Part shown: positions 36,861 to 46,268 of the stretch, piece by piece | Layout of the letters: each line of letters opens with the position of its first letter | Numbering within the stretch: position 1 is the stretch's first letter | From: Candidatus Woesebacteria bacterium RIFCSPLOWO2_01_FULL_44_24b | GTDB lineage: Bacteria; Patescibacteriota; Microgenomatia; UBA8517 | Assembly (NCBI GenBank): GCA_001793235.1 | Contig: MGHM01000016.1 | Location: 746 to 64,745, forward strand | Direction: 5' to 3' | Length of the DNA: 64,000 nt | The notes under the pieces: generated by a model | Told to the model about the DNA's origin: nothing | Databases searched by the model: none | The model's input: the letters and a program-made list of their open reading frames with translations, nothing else | Position numbers and translations under genes: made by a program

Positions 36861-37223
36861 CTAAGACTTTTTACCCTTTTTTGCTTTACGATTGCCGCTT
36901 TTGCGGGTCAAAGATTTTCGAAGTGCCTCCAGGGTCTCCGGTCTATCCAACTGCTCCTGGATTTTTTTCTCGCGCTTAATCTTCCTTCGCTCGACTTTGG
37001 AAAGTACGTTAGCTTTAGCAGCACCTACTCGGGCACGGAAAGCATCAACCCGCCCTGCAGTGTCGACGAATTTCAGCTGCCCAGTATAAAACGGATGGCA
37101 ATTGGAACAAACCTCAACGTTTATTTCGGCAACGGTAGCTCCAACTGTAAATGTGTTGCCACACGCGCACTTGACACGCGCCTCGTACCACTTGGGATGT
37201 ATCTGATATTGCATGAGAAGCAT
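36861..37223 (-). CDS. rpmE: 50S ribosomal protein L31 with about 50-aa lysine-rich C-terminal extension
   Basis: Zn-ribbon CACGNTF ... CSNCHPFYTG core of L31, followed by an unusual K/R-rich tail (KVERRKIKREKK ... KAKKGKKS). Confidence 0.8.
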   Translation of the reverse strand: MLLMQYQIHPKWYEARVKCACGNTFTVGATVAEINVEVCSNCHPFYTGQLKFVDTAGRVDAFRARVGAAKANVLSKVERRKIKREKKIQEQLDRPETLEALRKSLTRKSGNRKAKKGKKS

Positions 37224-37229
37224 ATTATA

Positions 37230-38135
37230 TCAATGTTTCTTTTTTTCGGCAATATAAACGCCTGTGGCGATGATTATGGCTCCCAATATAAAAGAAAGAG
37301 AAAGGCTTTCGCCGAGCCAAAAAACAGCCAGAGGTACGGAAAAAAGAGGGATGAGGTAGTTAAAAAGGACAGCCTCCGAGACCTCGATTGAGCGCTGGCC
37401 GCGCACATACATAAAATAAGCAAGGTTGCCCGAAAGAAGAGCCATATACCAAACTCCGAAGTGATACTTAAGGGGCAGAGTTAAAATGGTAGTGAGTAAG
37501 TTCTCCCAGCCATAGATGAGTATTGTCAGCGGAATTAAACACACGGCTCCCACGATAAACGCCAGGCTCGTCAAGTTTGCAGATTTTGTTTTATTTTTAA
37601 TCGCCTTTTTGGCCAATAGTACTGATCCGCTATCGGCGAGTAGATAAACCAAAAGTAGTAGGTTTCCGGTCAAGCGTATGCCTTGCCCGCCCTGAAAAAT
37701 GGGAAGAAGCGAGTTTAAGATTACCCCCAGAAGGACTATCATAATTCCCAGTTTTTCTCTTTTGGTTATGTGGTCGCGGAAAAAATGCACTGCTCCAAGG
37801 GTGACAATGATAGGGCCGGCTATGGTAATCAGCGTTGAGTCAAGTACCGTTGATTTTTCAAGCCCGAAAAATAGAAGGCTGAGAGCCAAAGGAACTGCTA
37901 AAAAGCCGTAAAGAAGGGCTAACGGAAAGTTGGCCTTCAGATTTCTAAACTTCTTGCCCTGGGCAATTTTCGCTGAAAAGAAGAAAATCGAAAAGACGGC
38001 AGATATGGCGAACCTGTAAGCCAGAAAGGGGAGGGGCTCGATACCCGCGAGGGTGAACTTGATAACTGGCCCGGCAGCTCCCCAAATGACCGCGGTTGTC
38101 AGAAGGAACAAATAAGCCTTGAAGCGGGTACTCAT
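37230..38135 (-). CDS. EamA/DMT-family transporter (10 TM)
   Basis: Two EamA repeats of about 5 TM each. 301 aa. Confidence 0.75.
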   Translation of the reverse strand: MSTRFKAYLFLLTTAVIWGAAGPVIKFTLAGIEPLPFLAYRFAISAVFSIFFFSAKIAQGKKFRNLKANFPLALLYGFLAVPLALSLLFFGLEKSTVLDSTLITIAGPIIVTLGAVHFFRDHITKREKLGIMIVLLGVILNSLLPIFQGGQGIRLTGNLLLLVYLLADSGSVLLAKKAIKNKTKSANLTSLAFIVGAVCLIPLTILIYGWENLLTTILTLPLKYHFGVWYMALLSGNLAYFMYVRGQRSIEVSEAVLFNYLIPLFSVPLAVFWLGESLSLSFILGAIIIATGVYIAEKKKH

Positions 38136-38145
38136 CAGCTTAATA

Positions 38146-39069
38146 TTACAGCAGGATAATGGTGGAGGCCACTAGCTCCTTGTCCTTGAAGGTCCCGATT
38201 ATGACAATAGCCTCTCCCGCTTCAGCTGTGGACAGGCGAGTGGATGAAAGGCCGTCGTTACCTTTAGCAAAAGTGCTAACGGTGCCTGTGGCATCCACTG
38301 AGACTTCTTCCCCCTCGGCAGGGAGGACGATAAACTCCTTTGCCGAGAGCGTATCGACTATTCCGACTACTGCCGTGACCTCGGCTTTCGCGGGCTCAGT
38401 GGTTATGAGAATTCTCCTGATTTCAAATACGCCTTCGCGGTTTTGGGTGCCAAGAGCCGCCACAAAATCCCCGATGGCAAGGTCCGTAAATTTGACCTCC
38501 TTTGTTGCCTCTTCGATTATGGAGCCATAAGTTGTTGCATCTGTAAGCGAGAGCTGAACAATGTCTCCGTCTTTTGTTCTGATTTGTAGGCTGTCTTCGG
38601 CAATATCTGTCACCGTTCCGAGGCTTGCCTGCATAGCGGCTGAGCTGTCATCAATTTTGTCAGTATGGATGAGCGTCAACTCCTCTTTCTCGGGTACTTT
38701 TCCTTTTTCAAAAGACCAGACGACGATGTTGTTGAAACCGGGAGTCAACTCAACCTCAATTGAGAACTCGCCCGTGCCGGTAGCTTCTTTTGTGTAGATT
38801 TTGTTAGCGCTTACCGCGACCGGGGAGTTAGGTCTTGTGAGCCCGGAGACTGTTATTGAGGAACTTACTGCCACCGCGTTATCTGCGGGCGCGACAATTG
38901 ACAATTTGCCGTTGGTTGGTTTAGTTTCGATTTGGTTGTTATTATCTTGAGTCTGGGGAGAAGAAGAATTTTTTTCCTCACTTGCCCGTGAGAGTCGCCA
39001 TATGCCGAAGGCCACGCCAATTCCAATGAAACTTCCCAATATTACTGCGATTACTTGTTCTTTTCGCAT
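38146..39069 (-). CDS. membrane-anchored extracytoplasmic hypothetical protein
   Basis: N-terminal TM (VIAVILGSFIGIGVAFGIW) followed by a Ser/Thr/Val-rich region predicted to be beta-rich. Confidence 0.4.
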   Translation of the reverse strand: MRKEQVIAVILGSFIGIGVAFGIWRLSRASEEKNSSSPQTQDNNNQIETKPTNGKLSIVAPADNAVAVSSSITVSGLTRPNSPVAVSANKIYTKEATGTGEFSIEVELTPGFNNIVVWSFEKGKVPEKEELTLIHTDKIDDSSAAMQASLGTVTDIAEDSLQIRTKDGDIVQLSLTDATTYGSIIEEATKEVKFTDLAIGDFVAALGTQNREGVFEIRRILITTEPAKAEVTAVVGIVDTLSAKEFIVLPAEGEEVSVDATGTVSTFAKGNDGLSSTRLSTAEAGEAIVIIGTFKDKELVASTIILL

Positions 39070-39143
39070 GGAGCGAGCCTAATAGGCACGAACAACTATA
39101 CGTCCGGTAAAGATGCTTGTCAAGGAGTCCCCCGGATGTTACG

Positions 39144-39803
39144 ATGCAATTCATGGACGTAATATTTCTTGGGCATTCAAGTTTTCATATTAAGGGAAAA
39201 GATGCCTCGATAGTTACCGATCCGTTTTCTCCGGAGACCGTGGGGATAAGGTTTCCTAAAGTATCGGCGACAATTGTAACTGTGTCGCACGATCATGATG
39301 ACCACAATGCCGCAAGTCTCGTGGAAGACGCGCGAAAGGTTATAGCCGGCCCGGGAGAGTATGAAATTGACGGCATTTCGATTCTGGGGATTTCCTCCTT
39401 TCATGATGACAAAAAAGGTGCTGAGCGAGGAAAAAATACCATATATGTTTTTGAAATTGACGGCTTTCGGGTGGCTCACTTGGGGGACCTTGGCCACCGC
39501 CTTGCCGACGAAGCCGTAGAGGATATCGGTGATGTTGATATCCTTATGATTCCGGTCGGCGGGGGCTACACTATTGGTCCGAAAGAGGCAGCAGAGGTCG
39601 CCCGTGCAATTGAGCCAAAAGTTATTATCCCCATGCATTATCAAATGCCCGGGTTAAACCCAGTGGTGTTTTCAGCCCTTGTTGACGAAAAACCATTTGT
39701 GGCAGAGGTCGGGCTTAGTGCCCGGATTGAGAAGAAATTGAGCCTCAAGGCTGGCACTCTGTCCGAAGATAGCCAGGAGATTGTAATACTGGATATTTCT
39801 TAA
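39144..39803 (+). CDS. MBL-fold metallo-hydrolase
   Basis: HxHxDH motif VSHDHDDHN and downstream His/Asp ligands (HLGDLGH, PMHY). Confidence 0.7.
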   Translation: MQFMDVIFLGHSSFHIKGKDASIVTDPFSPETVGIRFPKVSATIVTVSHDHDDHNAASLVEDARKVIAGPGEYEIDGISILGISSFHDDKKGAERGKNTIYVFEIDGFRVAHLGDLGHRLADEAVEDIGDVDILMIPVGGGYTIGPKEAAEVARAIEPKVIIPMHYQMPGLNPVVFSALVDEKPFVAEVGLSARIEKKLSLKAGTLSEDSQEIVILDIS

Positions 39804-39804
39804 A

Positions 39805-41130
39805 ATGGCGGACGCAACCACAATGACGGTGAGAATTCCGCCTCACTCAACCGATGCGGAAGTAAGTGTCCTCGGAGCGCTTCTCTTGGACCGCGACGCG
39901 ATAATTGCAGTGGCCGAGTTTTTGCGGCCCGAGCATTTTTATGATGAGCGCAACCGCATGATTTTTGAGTGCATGCTTGAGCTTTATGAGGAGCGCACGC
40001 CAATTGACGTTTTGACAGTTTCCGAGCGCCTGAAGCGAAAAAAAACCTTAAAAGAACTCGGTGGTGTGAGTATGCTTGCTGAGCTGGCTAACAAAGTCCC
40101 CACCGCGGCCCACGTTGAGCACTACGGCAAAATTGTCAAAGACCAGGCGACTAAGCGCTCGCTTATGAGTGCGGCATCAAAATTGGTTGACCTGTCGCTT
40201 GATGAGCGGCTCGGGGCAGATGAGCTTTTAGATAAAGCGGAAAGCGAGGTCTTTTCTATTACTCAGAGGCATTTGGCTAAGAGTTTCACTTCTGTTAAGT
40301 CGGCACTCGCGGACTCGTTTGACAGGTTAGACGAGCTTCATAAGGCTGATTCCGGGCTTCGCGGCGTGCCTACCGGTTTTACAGATCTTGATAATTTACT
40401 TGCCGGCATGCAGCGGTCGAACCTTCTCATTTTGGCTGCGCGGCCGGGAGTGGGGAAAACCACGCTTGCCATGAATATTGCACACAATTTGGCAGTCAGT
40501 CACAAGAAACCGGTTGGAATATTTTCGCTCGAGATGAGCCGGGAGGAGTTGGTGGACAGGCTACTTGTGGCTCAAGCGGATATTGATGCCTGGAGACTAA
40601 AAACCGGGAAATTGAGCGAGGAAGACTTTGCCGCCTTGTCAAACGCCATGGGGGTTTTGGCCGAGGCACCACTATACATTGATGACACCCCGGGAGTCTC
40701 GGTCCTTGAAATGCGGACTAAAGCACGTCGCCTGCAGGTGGAAGTTGGGGTCGAGTTTATTGTGGTTGACTATATCCAGCTGGGCCGTAGCCGGAACCTT
40801 GAAAACCGGGTACAGGAGGTGGCCGAAATTTCCCAGGGCCTAAAAAACCTGGCCCGTGAGTTGAAAATCCCGGTATTGGCGATTTCCCAGCTTTCGCGGG
40901 CGGTAGAGCAGCGGGGGTCAAAGCGACCTGTCTTGTCGGATTTAAGGGAATCAGGGTCAATCGAGCAGGATGCGGACGTGGTGATGTTTTTGTGGCGTGA
41001 AGACGATGATAACCCCGAAAAATTTTATCTGGATATCGCCAAGCACCGAAACGGCCCATTGGGTCAGGTGCAATTTCACTTCCGAGGGGATAGGATCAGG
41101 TTTTATGGGGCAGAGAGCAAGAGAGGATAG
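39805..41130 (+). CDS. dnaB: replicative DNA helicase DnaB (no intein)
   Basis: N-terminal STDAEVSVLGALLLD. Walker A ARPGVGKTT. RecA-like core. 441 aa is normal length. Confidence 0.9.
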   Translation: MADATTMTVRIPPHSTDAEVSVLGALLLDRDAIIAVAEFLRPEHFYDERNRMIFECMLELYEERTPIDVLTVSERLKRKKTLKELGGVSMLAELANKVPTAAHVEHYGKIVKDQATKRSLMSAASKLVDLSLDERLGADELLDKAESEVFSITQRHLAKSFTSVKSALADSFDRLDELHKADSGLRGVPTGFTDLDNLLAGMQRSNLLILAARPGVGKTTLAMNIAHNLAVSHKKPVGIFSLEMSREELVDRLLVAQADIDAWRLKTGKLSEEDFAALSNAMGVLAEAPLYIDDTPGVSVLEMRTKARRLQVEVGVEFIVVDYIQLGRSRNLENRVQEVAEISQGLKNLARELKIPVLAISQLSRAVEQRGSKRPVLSDLRESGSIEQDADVVMFLWREDDDNPEKFYLDIAKHRNGPLGQVQFHFRGDRIRFYGAESKRG

Positions 41131-41164
41131 GTGCAAAGTTTGATTGGCTAAAGGATTTTCTTCT

Positions 41165-41485
41165 TCATACTCTATTTTTTTTAAAATTCTTTCCCAGTAC
41201 TGTTCCCAAGAAGTAAGACAGGAAGGCAGCGGTAAAGGCGATCGAAATCATAGAAACATACGCGATATTAGAAAGGTGAAATAAGCCTGCCTCAGTTATA
41301 AATTTAGTCTTACTGAAATACATTAGTGTAAAAAGTGTGGAAACAATGCTGCCAGCAACTATGTTTTGCCTTCTTTGTGGAGCGGTAAATATATAACCTG
41401 CTATGCAAGACAAAATAAAAGAAAAAAAGGTAATTCGATCCTGAAGAATTAAAAAGGAAATAATTCCTAAAAATATCTCTCCCAT
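41165..41485 (-). CDS. small membrane protein
   Basis: 106 aa with three hydrophobic helices. Confidence 0.35.
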   Translation of the reverse strand: MGEIFLGIISFLILQDRITFFSFILSCIAGYIFTAPQRRQNIVAGSIVSTLFTLMYFSKTKFITEAGLFHLSNIAYVSMISIAFTAAFLSYFLGTVLGKNFKKNRV

Positions 41486-41631
41486 ACCTATTTTTTATAC
41501 TAACACATATCATTACTTCTGCCGTTTACACATTGGTGATTTAGAGACACCAACGACGCCCATTTTGTGCCGGGGGTGGGGGTCCCCGTAAATCCCGCTC
41601 TGCGGGACACGGGGCAGGCGAACTCACTTTG

Positions 41632-41718
41632 TGGCCAGGGGGAGACTCGAACTCCCACGAGGTTTAAGGCCTCACAGGTTTTTGAGACCTGCGTGTCTAC
41701 CGGTTCCACCACCTGGCC
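41632..41718 (-). tRNA. tRNA-Leu (anticodon CAA), class II with long variable arm
   Basis: Reverse complement reads GGCCAGG-UG-GUGGAACCGGUAGACAC-G-CAGGU CUCAAAA ACCUG-UGAGGCCUUAAACCUCG-UGGGAGUUCGAGUCUCCC-CCUGGCC-A. 7-bp acceptor stem, T-loop GTTCGAGTC, 7-nt anticodon loop CU-CAA-AA. No encoded CCA. Confidence 0.8.
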
Positions 41719-41973
41719 AAGTGTTATATTTTACCATTTTGAGTAGCAAAGATGTAGTTGCTAGATTAAATAACTTCAATAAAATGTAGTCAATGTCGTT
41801 AAAAATAATTTGCGATATCTGCAGACAACCAATCCAAAACGATTTTGTGTTAGACTAAATTTTCGCGGCAAAGATATTTATGATATGAGCGATATTTGCA
41901 AAAAATGTTGGTTGAATAAGAATAATTGGTCCAAACTTCACAAAATGCCCAAAAAGTAATATCATATCGAGGC

Positions 41974-42531
41974 ATGATAACTGCAACTGACCTGAAAAAC
42001 GGCACTACTTTTTTGGACTCCGACAAGCCATACAAAGTGGTTAAGTATAACCATATAAAAATGGGCCGTGGGGGAGCCACGGTGAGAGTTATGGCCAGGA
42101 ACCTCGAGACCGGCGACCTTGCCGAGTTGACTTATGATGCAGGAAACAAGATTAATGAAATCTCCACTTCAAAAAAGCGAATGCAATATCTTTATAAAGA
42201 TGGAGATAACGCCTGTTTTATGGACCCTGCCACTTATGAACAAACCGAGATTGATTTGGATGTTTTGGGCGAGCTCATAGCTTTTATTAAGGAAGGGAGC
42301 GAGGTTGATGTGCTTTTTTGGGACGGGGAAGCACTTTCAGTGGACATTGCGCCTAAGGTTGTGCTTGAAGTAGCTGAAACAGACCCCGGCGTTAAGGGCA
42401 ACTCTGCAACGAACATTTATAAACCCGCGAAGCTTGAAAACGGGCTGACCGTAAAAGTTCCTTTGTTTATTAAAGTTGGAGACAAAATTAGAGTAGATAC
42501 TCGAACTTCTGAATATATTGAGCGTGCCTGA
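41974..42531 (+). CDS. efp: elongation factor P
   Basis: KOW-like N-domain with the modification loop NHIKMGRGGATVRV (Arg at the position of E. coli Lys34). Two OB domains. C-terminal VKVPLFIKVGDKIRVDTRTSEYIERA. Confidence 0.85.
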   Translation: MITATDLKNGTTFLDSDKPYKVVKYNHIKMGRGGATVRVMARNLETGDLAELTYDAGNKINEISTSKKRMQYLYKDGDNACFMDPATYEQTEIDLDVLGELIAFIKEGSEVDVLFWDGEALSVDIAPKVVLEVAETDPGVKGNSATNIYKPAKLENGLTVKVPLFIKVGDKIRVDTRTSEYIERA

Positions 42532-42544
42532 CTGCGTAGGCAGG

Positions 42545-43045
42545 CTAGCTAGCTATCCACCAAAAAACCGCGACAACTGTAACAATTTGTGTCGCAAGAC
42601 CGGGAACCATTGTTGTATCCACCTGAATTGACTTCTGAAACATTAACCACTTTTTGACGAACTCATTCTTCCAACTTAAGAAAAAGTATGGCCCCTCTAC
42701 AACATCGGGCAAGACTCCCGCGAATGCCCCCAAAAAGATTGTATTCATGTGTGTTGGGTCTGTCGAGAAATTTAAGGCTATGAAGGAACCCAATGCTAAC
42801 GAAATTAGCACATCCGCCGCAACGATTATTGTTGATCTTTTAGTAACATGGCCGTATTTTTGAAGCTCGGTGTTTAAGTGTGGGTTCCAATGCGGAACCA
42901 TGTCAAGCACAAAATGGCTCGCGAATGCGAGCGGAAGGGATATCAGTGGATTTGGAATTTTCGTGACGATGGCGGCACCTACGAGGGCATGTGGCGTTTC
43001 TAACACGGTAGAGCTATGATATACTGACGAGCCCAAATATGTCAA
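42545..43045 (-). CDS. membrane-bound metal-dependent hydrolase-like protein (DUF457/YdjM-like)
   Basis: THALVGAAI and SHFVLDMVPH motifs. Four TM. Confidence 0.5.
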   Translation of the reverse strand: MTYLGSSVYHSSTVLETPHALVGAAIVTKIPNPLISLPLAFASHFVLDMVPHWNPHLNTELQKYGHVTKRSTIIVAADVLISLALGSFIALNFSTDPTHMNTIFLGAFAGVLPDVVEGPYFFLSWKNEFVKKWLMFQKSIQVDTTMVPGLATQIVTVVAVFWWIAS

Positions 43046-43650
43046 TTTTGACGGCTGTTTTGTCGGGAGTTATCGGAGGAAGCTTGTTTTTGTTTGTATT
43101 CTGGAAGCGCCTGCGGGAGGATTACTCATCTTCTTTGATATTTAGCTCAGGAGCCTATTTTATATTTATGGCCTCAATCTTTTCTTGGCTTTCACAGCTC
43201 CTTTCCCGCTTTGCCGTTGAAAATTCAATTCTTGAGCCGGCCGGCCTTTGGTTTTGGGGCAGTATTTTAGGCTTTATTGTGGCGTTTGCGTTAAGCGTTA
43301 AAAAACTGCGTCTCCGCTGGGTCGAAACTCTTGAAGCGGCTATCTTGGGAGGAGCCTTTTGGCTTCTCGTTGTTTATGGCGCAAATCTTGCGCTCAGCGG
43401 CTTTGCCGTAGTTGCGCTACTTTTGATACTTTTTTATTTCCTTGAGAAAAATTATAAACGCTTCAGCTGGTACAAATCGGGGAGGGTGGGTTTTTCCGGC
43501 CTTCTTGCAGCTAGCGTGTTTTTTACCATTCGGGCGATTGCCTCATTTGTGACAACTGAGTTTTCAACTATTGGCAGGATTGAACTGGTGCCTTCGGCGG
43601 TTGTCGCTTTTTTATTGTTGTTTTCGTTGTATAATTTGTCTGAAGGGTAA
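43039..43650 (+). CDS. polytopic membrane protein
   Basis: 203 aa with about 6 TM helices. No family assigned. Confidence 0.4.
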   Translation: MSILTAVLSGVIGGSLFLFVFWKRLREDYSSSLIFSSGAYFIFMASIFSWLSQLLSRFAVENSILEPAGLWFWGSILGFIVAFALSVKKLRLRWVETLEAAILGGAFWLLVVYGANLALSGFAVVALLLILFYFLEKNYKRFSWYKSGRVGFSGLLAASVFFTIRAIASFVTTEFSTIGRIELVPSAVVAFLLLFSLYNLSEG

Positions 43651-43651
43651 A

Positions 43652-44038
43652 ATGGCAGACAAAAAGCATCCACAAGTGGTTTTTCCGGCAAGTTTAGTGG
43701 CTCCGGTGGCGGGTTTTCTAAAGGGCCAGCTTAAGGAGCTTCGGAGGCGACGAAAAGATATAAGTGGGGAGGACCCCTTTAAAAATCCGGACCGGGTTAT
43801 GGACAATGCTGCACCGGATGCGGATGCTGAGGAGCAGTTCGGGCATGTGCGCACTTCAGCTATTAAGGATGAAATGGATCGCAAAATTATTCAAACGAGG
43901 AAGGCCTTGACGCGCATTAAAATTGGAAAGTATGGAATATGCACTAATTGCGGGCGGATGATTGATACAGACCGCTTAATGATATACCCCGAAGCTACAC
44001 TTTGTGTGAAATGCGAAGCGAAAAAGGAGAAGAAATAA
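43652..44038 (+). CDS. DksA/TraR-family C4-type zinc-finger protein
   Basis: C-terminal CTNCGRMIDTDRLMIYPEATLCVKC four-Cys finger preceded by a coiled-coil region. Confidence 0.75.
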   Translation: MADKKHPQVVFPASLVAPVAGFLKGQLKELRRRRKDISGEDPFKNPDRVMDNAAPDADAEEQFGHVRTSAIKDEMDRKIIQTRKALTRIKIGKYGICTNCGRMIDTDRLMIYPEATLCVKCEAKKEKK

Positions 44039-44742
44039 CCCCCAGGGTGATCCATCAGGACGAAGAGCTTCTCGTCCTTGATAAGCCGTCGGGATGGATA
44101 GTTAACGACTCGTCAACGGCTAAAGAACAGCAAACTATACAAGCATGGATTGCCGCGAATTTCAAATTTAAAATTTCAAATTTAAAATTATATCGGAATG
44201 GAATCGTTCATAGGCTGGACAAAGAAACGAGCGGGATATTGTTGATTGCCAAAAATAAAAGTAGTTTTGAGTTTCTTCAAAGCCAGTTTAAGCAGCGCTT
44301 GGTTAAAAAAAGCTACGTTGCTCTTCTTCATGGCAAGGTTGAGCCGGATGAAGGGACAATAGAAGCCGAAGTTGGCAGGCTCCCTTGGAATAGAAGACGC
44401 TTCGGAGTCTTGCCCGGTGGACGAAGCTCAAAGACCTTATACAAGCTTAGAGAGGTTTATAAGAGTGATAACGAGAAGTTTAGTTTAGTGGATTTTTACC
44501 CGGAAACAGGCCGGACACATCAGATAAGAATCCACGCAAAGCACGTAGAGCACCCGGTTGTTGGGGATACGTTTTATGCCGGCAGAAAGACCTCAAGGAA
44601 AGACAGGCTTTGGTGCCCCAGACTTTTTTTGCATGCAGCCGAAATAAGTTTCACTCATCCGTCTACTAGAGGCGAGGTGAAGTACCAGAGTGATTTGCCA
44701 CCTGAGTTAGAAAGTGCGCTTAATCTCCTTGAAAAGCAGTAG
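44011..44742 (+). CDS. RluA-family pseudouridine synthase (no S4 domain)
   Basis: Catalytic motif HRLDKETSGILLIAKN. 5' overlap with the DksA-like gene. Confidence 0.8.
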   Translation: MRSEKGEEITPRVIHQDEELLVLDKPSGWIVNDSSTAKEQQTIQAWIAANFKFKISNLKLYRNGIVHRLDKETSGILLIAKNKSSFEFLQSQFKQRLVKKSYVALLHGKVEPDEGTIEAEVGRLPWNRRRFGVLPGGRSSKTLYKLREVYKSDNEKFSLVDFYPETGRTHQIRIHAKHVEHPVVGDTFYAGRKTSRKDRLWCPRLFLHAAEISFTHPSTRGEVKYQSDLPPELESALNLLEKQ

Positions 44743-44767
44743 GCTACAAAGTAATCTTTATATACCA

Positions 44768-45589
44768 GTGAAGAGAAGAGTAGTATTTGTATTGGGGGCG
44801 ATGACGGCAGTTCTCCTCGTGTCCCTAATCTTTATTCTTTTCGCGAAAGTACCCCAAGCCTTTTCGGTGGTAGTTCCTACCGAGTCTGAGGATTTGGAGC
44901 TTATTTTTTTTGAATTGAATGAAGGAAAAGTGGTCGTAATTACTATTCCCAAAGATACTCAAATGAATTTAGCTATGAACCGGGGAACCCTTCGGGTCAA
45001 AAGCGTGCGAAGACTTATTGATTCGGAAAAGCTCCCCGGCAGGCTACTATCTGACACGGTAATGAAGACGTTATATTTACCGGTGGACTATTGGGCGGGC
45101 AGGCAGCATTATGGGACTTTCTGGGGCGGGGATATGCCTCTGCCGGTCCGGCTGACCATATTTTTACAAAACATCAGGGGGCTCAAAGAGGAGAGGGTTG
45201 ATTTGGCTGATACTACAGTCCTGACCAAGGAGCGCCTGAAAGACGGTGAAGATGGCTATGTGGTAAGCGGCAGATTACCACTTACTCTAATAAGTTTGTT
45301 TGCCGAGCCGGCAATATCGAGCAGCCAGACTGCAGTAAGGCTTGTTAATGGCACCGGAGAGCCTGAGTATGTACTTACCGATGTTGCTTCAATTCTTGAG
45401 GTATTGGGAGCAAAACCTGTGCCGCCTTTAACTGTGGATGCGGTCGATGTTGACTGCCTTGTCCGCGCCAACGATGAGTATAGCCGAGAGCGCATTGCGA
45501 GCGTTTTTGATTGTTCCGTTTCAAAAGAAACGCCCGAAGCCTTTGATATAGAGCTTTTAGTAGGAAGCCGGTTTGTAGAGAGATTTTGA
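44768..45589 (+). CDS. LytR-CpsA-Psr (LCP)-like protein with LytR_C-like C-terminal domain
   Basis: N-terminal TM. VVITIPKDTQMNL resembles the LCP SIPRD motif. C-terminal VRLVNGTGEPEYVLTDVASILEVLG resembles LytR_C. Start codon is uncertain (GTG 44768). Confidence 0.5.
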   Translation: MKRRVVFVLGAMTAVLLVSLIFILFAKVPQAFSVVVPTESEDLELIFFELNEGKVVVITIPKDTQMNLAMNRGTLRVKSVRRLIDSEKLPGRLLSDTVMKTLYLPVDYWAGRQHYGTFWGGDMPLPVRLTIFLQNIRGLKEERVDLADTTVLTKERLKDGEDGYVVSGRLPLTLISLFAEPAISSSQTAVRLVNGTGEPEYVLTDVASILEVLGAKPVPPLTVDAVDVDCLVRANDEYSRERIASVFDCSVSKETPEAFDIELLVGSRFVERF

Positions 45590-45590
45590 T

Positions 45591-46205
45591 TTATCTTCTG
45601 GTGGGGAATGAAGGAATGTCGTCCAGAGTTTCCGCTCTTTTTGTTTCTTTAATAAAAACCTTGACCTCTGATTCTGCAATTGACTTGATGTATGTTTCAT
45701 ACTCATTGCCGTTTTTAATAAAATAAATAACCCTTGTGGCTAAGTCGTCCGGAAGCCTACCGATATATAACTCGTCATAAGTGGTCACGGCGACCTTTCT
45801 TACTTTGGGGACAAGCTGAACATTGTCACCCGCGTCAAGTCTGGCAAGAATAACGGACTCGCAAATGTTGACCAGGGACACAATTTTGGTCTTGCCGGGT
45901 ATTTCGAGAAATGCATCCGTGGTTTGTGTATTTTTACCTAAAAACACACCGTCCGTGTGGAGCAGGCTACACCTGGCAAGGCACTTGTCCGCTATTGAAT
46001 TTAAGGGATCTTTGGATAAAACTCTTTTTGAAAAAAGAACTGCGTTTTCAAAGTCGCCAAGTTGCAGATATGCGCGAGCGGTGCGGTTTAAGGCATCAAC
46101 ATCCTCGGGGTCCTCAGAAAGAATTGTAAGGTTAACTTGGAGGGCATTTTGCCAGTCCTGAGACAGGGCAGCAAGAATAGCACGGCGGGCAAGGGTATCG
46201 TACAT
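45591..46205 (-). CDS. TPR-repeat hypothetical protein
   Basis: N-terminal TPR-like helices (ALQVNLTILSEDPEDVDALNRTARAYLQLGDFENAVLFSKRVLSKDP) and a beta-rich C-terminus. Confidence 0.4.
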   Translation of the reverse strand: MYDTLARRAILAALSQDWQNALQVNLTILSEDPEDVDALNRTARAYLQLGDFENAVLFSKRVLSKDPLNSIADKCLARCSLLHTDGVFLGKNTQTTDAFLEIPGKTKIVSLVNICESVILARLDAGDNVQLVPKVRKVAVTTYDELYIGRLPDDLATRVIYFIKNGNEYETYIKSIAESEVKVFIKETKRAETLDDIPSFPTRR

Positions 46206-46268
46206 CTGAACTTTATCATTATGAGTATAGAGGTGTGAGTGTCGATGTCAAGTGGTATACTTGGCCTA

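Noticed and set aside
39805-41130. Intein in DnaB or GyrA (classic intein hosts)
   Set aside because: Both proteins are of normal length (441 and 866 aa) with uninterrupted motifs. The only intein is in the recombinase.
41500-41712. 70-aa minus-strand ORF
   Set aside because: It overlaps the tRNA-Leu gene and the GC-rich hairpin almost completely. The tRNA call is far better supported.
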